Assembly: GCA_009859145.1 (NCBI GenBank) | Contig: VRVR01000007.1 | Span: 302,448 to 366,447, forward strand | Direction of reading: 5' to 3' | Length of the DNA stretch: 64,000 nucleotides | Source: Andalucia godoyi And28 | Lineage: Eukaryota > Protista > Jakobida | Part shown: positions 61,976 through 64,000 of the stretch, piece by piece | Numbering within the stretch: the first letter of the stretch is position 1 | Layout of the letters: every line of letters starts with the position of its first letter | The notes under the pieces: generated by a model | What the model was told of the DNA's origin: nothing | Seen by the model: the letters and a program-made list of their open reading frames with translations, nothing else | Databases searched by the model: none | Position numbers and translations under genes: made by a program

Positions 61976-63070
61976 TCACGAACGCGAGCCGCTTGTCAAG
62001 TGAAAAATACCCAAAATGTGCAAAAAGAACGGCTGGACTATTGACGGAAGGACCGCCTTCACGAAATCTTCAAAGATGTACCACCGCGTCGACGGAGGTC
62101 CTTGTGCAACTTGCGCTTGGGAGCTGTCCTGCATGTCGACATCTTGCTGTTCCTCCTTCTCTAGGACGCCCTTTACGTGATCTGCAGTTTGTGCAGACTT
62201 TTTGGCGTCCATGTACCGCATTTCCGCGTCGCTTTCTTCCACGAGTCTCGATGCGTCCATGACAGCAGCTTCTTCGACCAGCTTTCCCGCATCAATCACC
62301 ATCGGAGCCGACGCATCCTCTCCCGGTGTGCTGATCGCAGCCATCTGCACAAACCTGTTCGATGGCAACCGTGGCGGTGGCGGAGACGACTGCGGCTGCG
62401 GCTGCGGCTGCGACTGCGTTGCAGAATTTGGCTCGGAAAACGTAACCCCCATTCGTAGGGATCCCCGGTGCGACTCCAGATTCGCAACCTGTGAGGAATC
62501 AACTGACATTGCCGCTCGGCGACCGGACACAGACGAAGCCTTGAGCACCGCTGTCTTTGACAAGAGAGGCGCCTTCCCCAAAGGATAATTCGCATCGTTT
62601 CGAGCCGAGTTCCTCAACGGCCTGTTCAATCGCAGGCCTGCATTTCGCATACTGGCGGACATCACTCGATTCGCAACAGCTTTCGCAGCCGAGTAGTCGA
62701 AGTTCCCAGTTCTGCGGACCTTGAACACCGGTTCTGCAGGCCGTTCTTTCGCATACACGTCGTCAGCCTGCAAAAAAGCAGCCTTTCTCGACGCATTTCG
62801 ACACATGATCTTTGCGACTGTTGCGAATTCCATTCGAGAAACTGCTTTTCGCACACACTCATGCGAAACGGCGCGTGCCACGTGACGAACATCAACCATC
62901 TTCTTGTCCACGGTTGTTGCTGGACGAGACGAGCCTCTTGTCGTCGGCGCTCGCGAGCTTCTCGACACATCCAGTGCAGCAAGCAACGATGCCCGAGAGC
63001 ACAGCGACGCCGCAAGGTTCTCGCAGTACCTGTGAAGCAATGGCCGTTCATAGTATGCATCAACTGACAT
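61976..63070 (-). CDS. Hypothetical protein, 364 aa
   Basis: ATG after an AT-rich spacer; basic helical N-terminal part and a disordered C-terminal part. The 3' end may be spliced. Confidence 0.55.
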   Translation of the reverse strand: MSVDAYYERPLLHRYCENLAASLCSRASLLAALDVSRSSRAPTTRGSSRPATTVDKKMVDVRHVARAVSHECVRKAVSRMEFATVAKIMCRNASRKAAFLQADDVYAKERPAEPVFKVRRTGNFDYSAAKAVANRVMSASMRNAGLRLNRPLRNSARNDANYPLGKAPLLSKTAVLKASSVSGRRAAMSVDSSQVANLESHRGSLRMGVTFSEPNSATQSQPQPQPQSSPPPPRLPSNRFVQMAAISTPGEDASAPMVIDAGKLVEEAAVMDASRLVEESDAEMRYMDAKKSAQTADHVKGVLEKEEQQDVDMQDSSQAQVAQGPPSTRWYIFEDFVKAVLPSIVQPFFLHILGIFHLTSGSRS

Positions 63071-63178
63071 TTTCCAGCCCCCTCCAATATATAAATGAAT
63101 AAAACAAACACAATATATACATACGTATATAAATATGTAGCTTTTAAAAAAGTAGTTGGATATCCAAGCAATGGCAAA

Positions 63179-63274
63179 CTAGCCAGTGATGAAGCATTAG
63201 AGGAGACAGGCTTTCGGAAACGTGATCAAAAAGCCTTCTTTTGATCGTTCGAGTGCCGACATCCTTGATGCTAG
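63179..63274 (+). ncRNA. Candidate box C/D snoRNA
   Basis: C box GTGATGA (63186-63192), C' GTGATCA (63222-63228), variant D box TTGA (63265-63268), terminal stem CTAGC/GCTAG, and guide GCCGACATC complementary to LSU GAUGUCGGC. Confidence 0.45.
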
Positions 63275-63360
63275 GCTGCTAGAACCTGTTCGAATCCGAG
63301 GGATTATGCAATTAGGACAACACCTCCAAACCCAGATATTGCATTGATTGTTGATTGACA

Positions 63361-63540
63361 ATGATGTGCGCTACATCTGCATTGGACCCGACACTTTGCA
63401 CCTCCAGAGGAAACTACAATTACAAGTGCACCACGACAAAATCGGGATATGTCGCTCCGTCGTCCGCGGCTGCCTTCTCGTCCTCGGTATTCGTTGCGGC
63501 ACTGCTCGTTGCCATCTTCGCAGCCATTTTTGCACAGTAA
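63361..63540 (+). CDS. Possible 59-aa Cys-containing peptide with a hydrophobic C-terminal tail
   Basis: MMCATSALDPTLCTSRGNYNYKC...SSAAAFSSSVFVAALLVAIFAAIFAQ; protein-like composition but short and lacking a signal peptide. Confidence 0.3.
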   Translation: MMCATSALDPTLCTSRGNYNYKCTTTKSGYVAPSSAAAFSSSVFVAALLVAIFAAIFAQ

Positions 63541-63621
63541 AAATTAAAAAAACATTTCACAGTACAGCATCTTCCGCGCAGTAACACACAAATCGAGTAC
63601 GGTGATGCCGTCCAAGCAAGC

Positions 63622-63626
63622 AAAAA
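63622..63626 (-). terminator. RNA polymerase III oligo-T terminator of the 5S gene
   Basis: T5 run on the minus strand at the 3' end of the 5S sequence. Confidence 0.75.
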
Positions 63627-63742
63627 GTACAGCACTGGGAATTCCCGAGTGGTCACCCACCTCAGTACTACTCCAGCCTGAGAGCACTTGACTTCGCAAA
63701 TCGGACGGGATGCGGTATTTTCACTCTAGTATGGCCGTACCT
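63625..63742 (-). rRNA. 5S rRNA: 5S ribosomal RNA, ~118 nt
   Basis: Reverse complement reads AGGUACGGCCAUACUAGAGUGAAAAUACCGCAUCCCGUCCGAUUUGCGAAGUCAAG...GUAGUACUGAGGUGGGUGACCACUCGGGAAUUCCCAGUGCUGUACUU; the 5' and 3' ends pair (helix I) and conserved CGGCCAUAC, CCCGUCCGAU and AGUACU blocks are present. Confidence 0.97.
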
Positions 63743-64000
63743 GAGATCTATCGTCTTTCGCACAGCCTTGGTGTTACCGGTTGATGTCGTTGTTGTTGTG
63801 GCGGCGGCGGCGTAGGTGTGCAGGTCGACGCCCAATGAGACGCTGTCGGATATTGACAACCGATTCCTTATAATCGCTGATGGGTGATGAAGCTGACTGT
63901 AAAAGTCCCTTTTTACGCCAAATAATCTGTTTAAGGCGCAGCATGCAAGCCAAATGTTTGGAGAGGCTTTGGGTTGGACGCCTACATTATACACTGAACA

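Noticed and set aside
63288-63320. GTTCGAATCC T-loop-like word and a partial U4-like ATCCGAGG..GATTAT
   Set aside because: No tRNA stems form, and the U4 kink-turn partner sequence and Sm site are missing.
63743-64000. Spliced-leader RNA linked to 5S
   Set aside because: No SL-type exon/GT donor followed by an Sm site could be identified in the visible flank, and start codons in the window show ordinary A-rich leaders.

Overview
Gene-dense, intron-poor eukaryotic nuclear DNA in the standard genetic code, from a flagellated microbial eukaryote. The flagellar inference rests on LRRC56 and an axonemal p28-type domain; a divergent histone H4 is compatible with a discobid such as a jakobid, but the taxon cannot be fixed from sequence alone. 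About 33 protein-coding genes alternate with short AT-rich, microsatellite-rich spacers. Well-supported genes include a multi-TM class-3 lipase, a Qc-SNARE, an AN1 zinc-finger protein, a FAX/metaxin-like GST, an ABCG half transporter, CTC1, a Sec14/PH protein, a carboxylesterase, TPR/Mlp, histone H4, an F-box protein, LRRC56, KDSR, a RING ligase, AP-2 alpha adaptin, DUF547, cysteine synthase, Mpo1/DUF962, an M1 aminopeptidase, Pus3/TruA, a prolyl-4-hydroxylase-like enzyme, eIF6 and B12-dependent methionine synthase. A solitary 5S rRNA gene lies on the minus strand near the right end and is not visible in the ORF track. The most notable observations are: (1) a methyltransferase fused to a lysyl-tRNA-synthetase-like anticodon-binding OB fold; (2) a candidate box C/D snoRNA with a guide complementary to the LSU peptidyl-transferase centre; (3) two reconstructed introns sharing a GTATGCAT donor and a TGCTRAC branch site exactly 75 nt from the acceptor; (4) a recurrent, often tandem (G)AAATCGGGA-like motif upstream of many genes; (5) GA-repeat tracts abutting several start codons. 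All homology calls are by motif recognition, without database searches.
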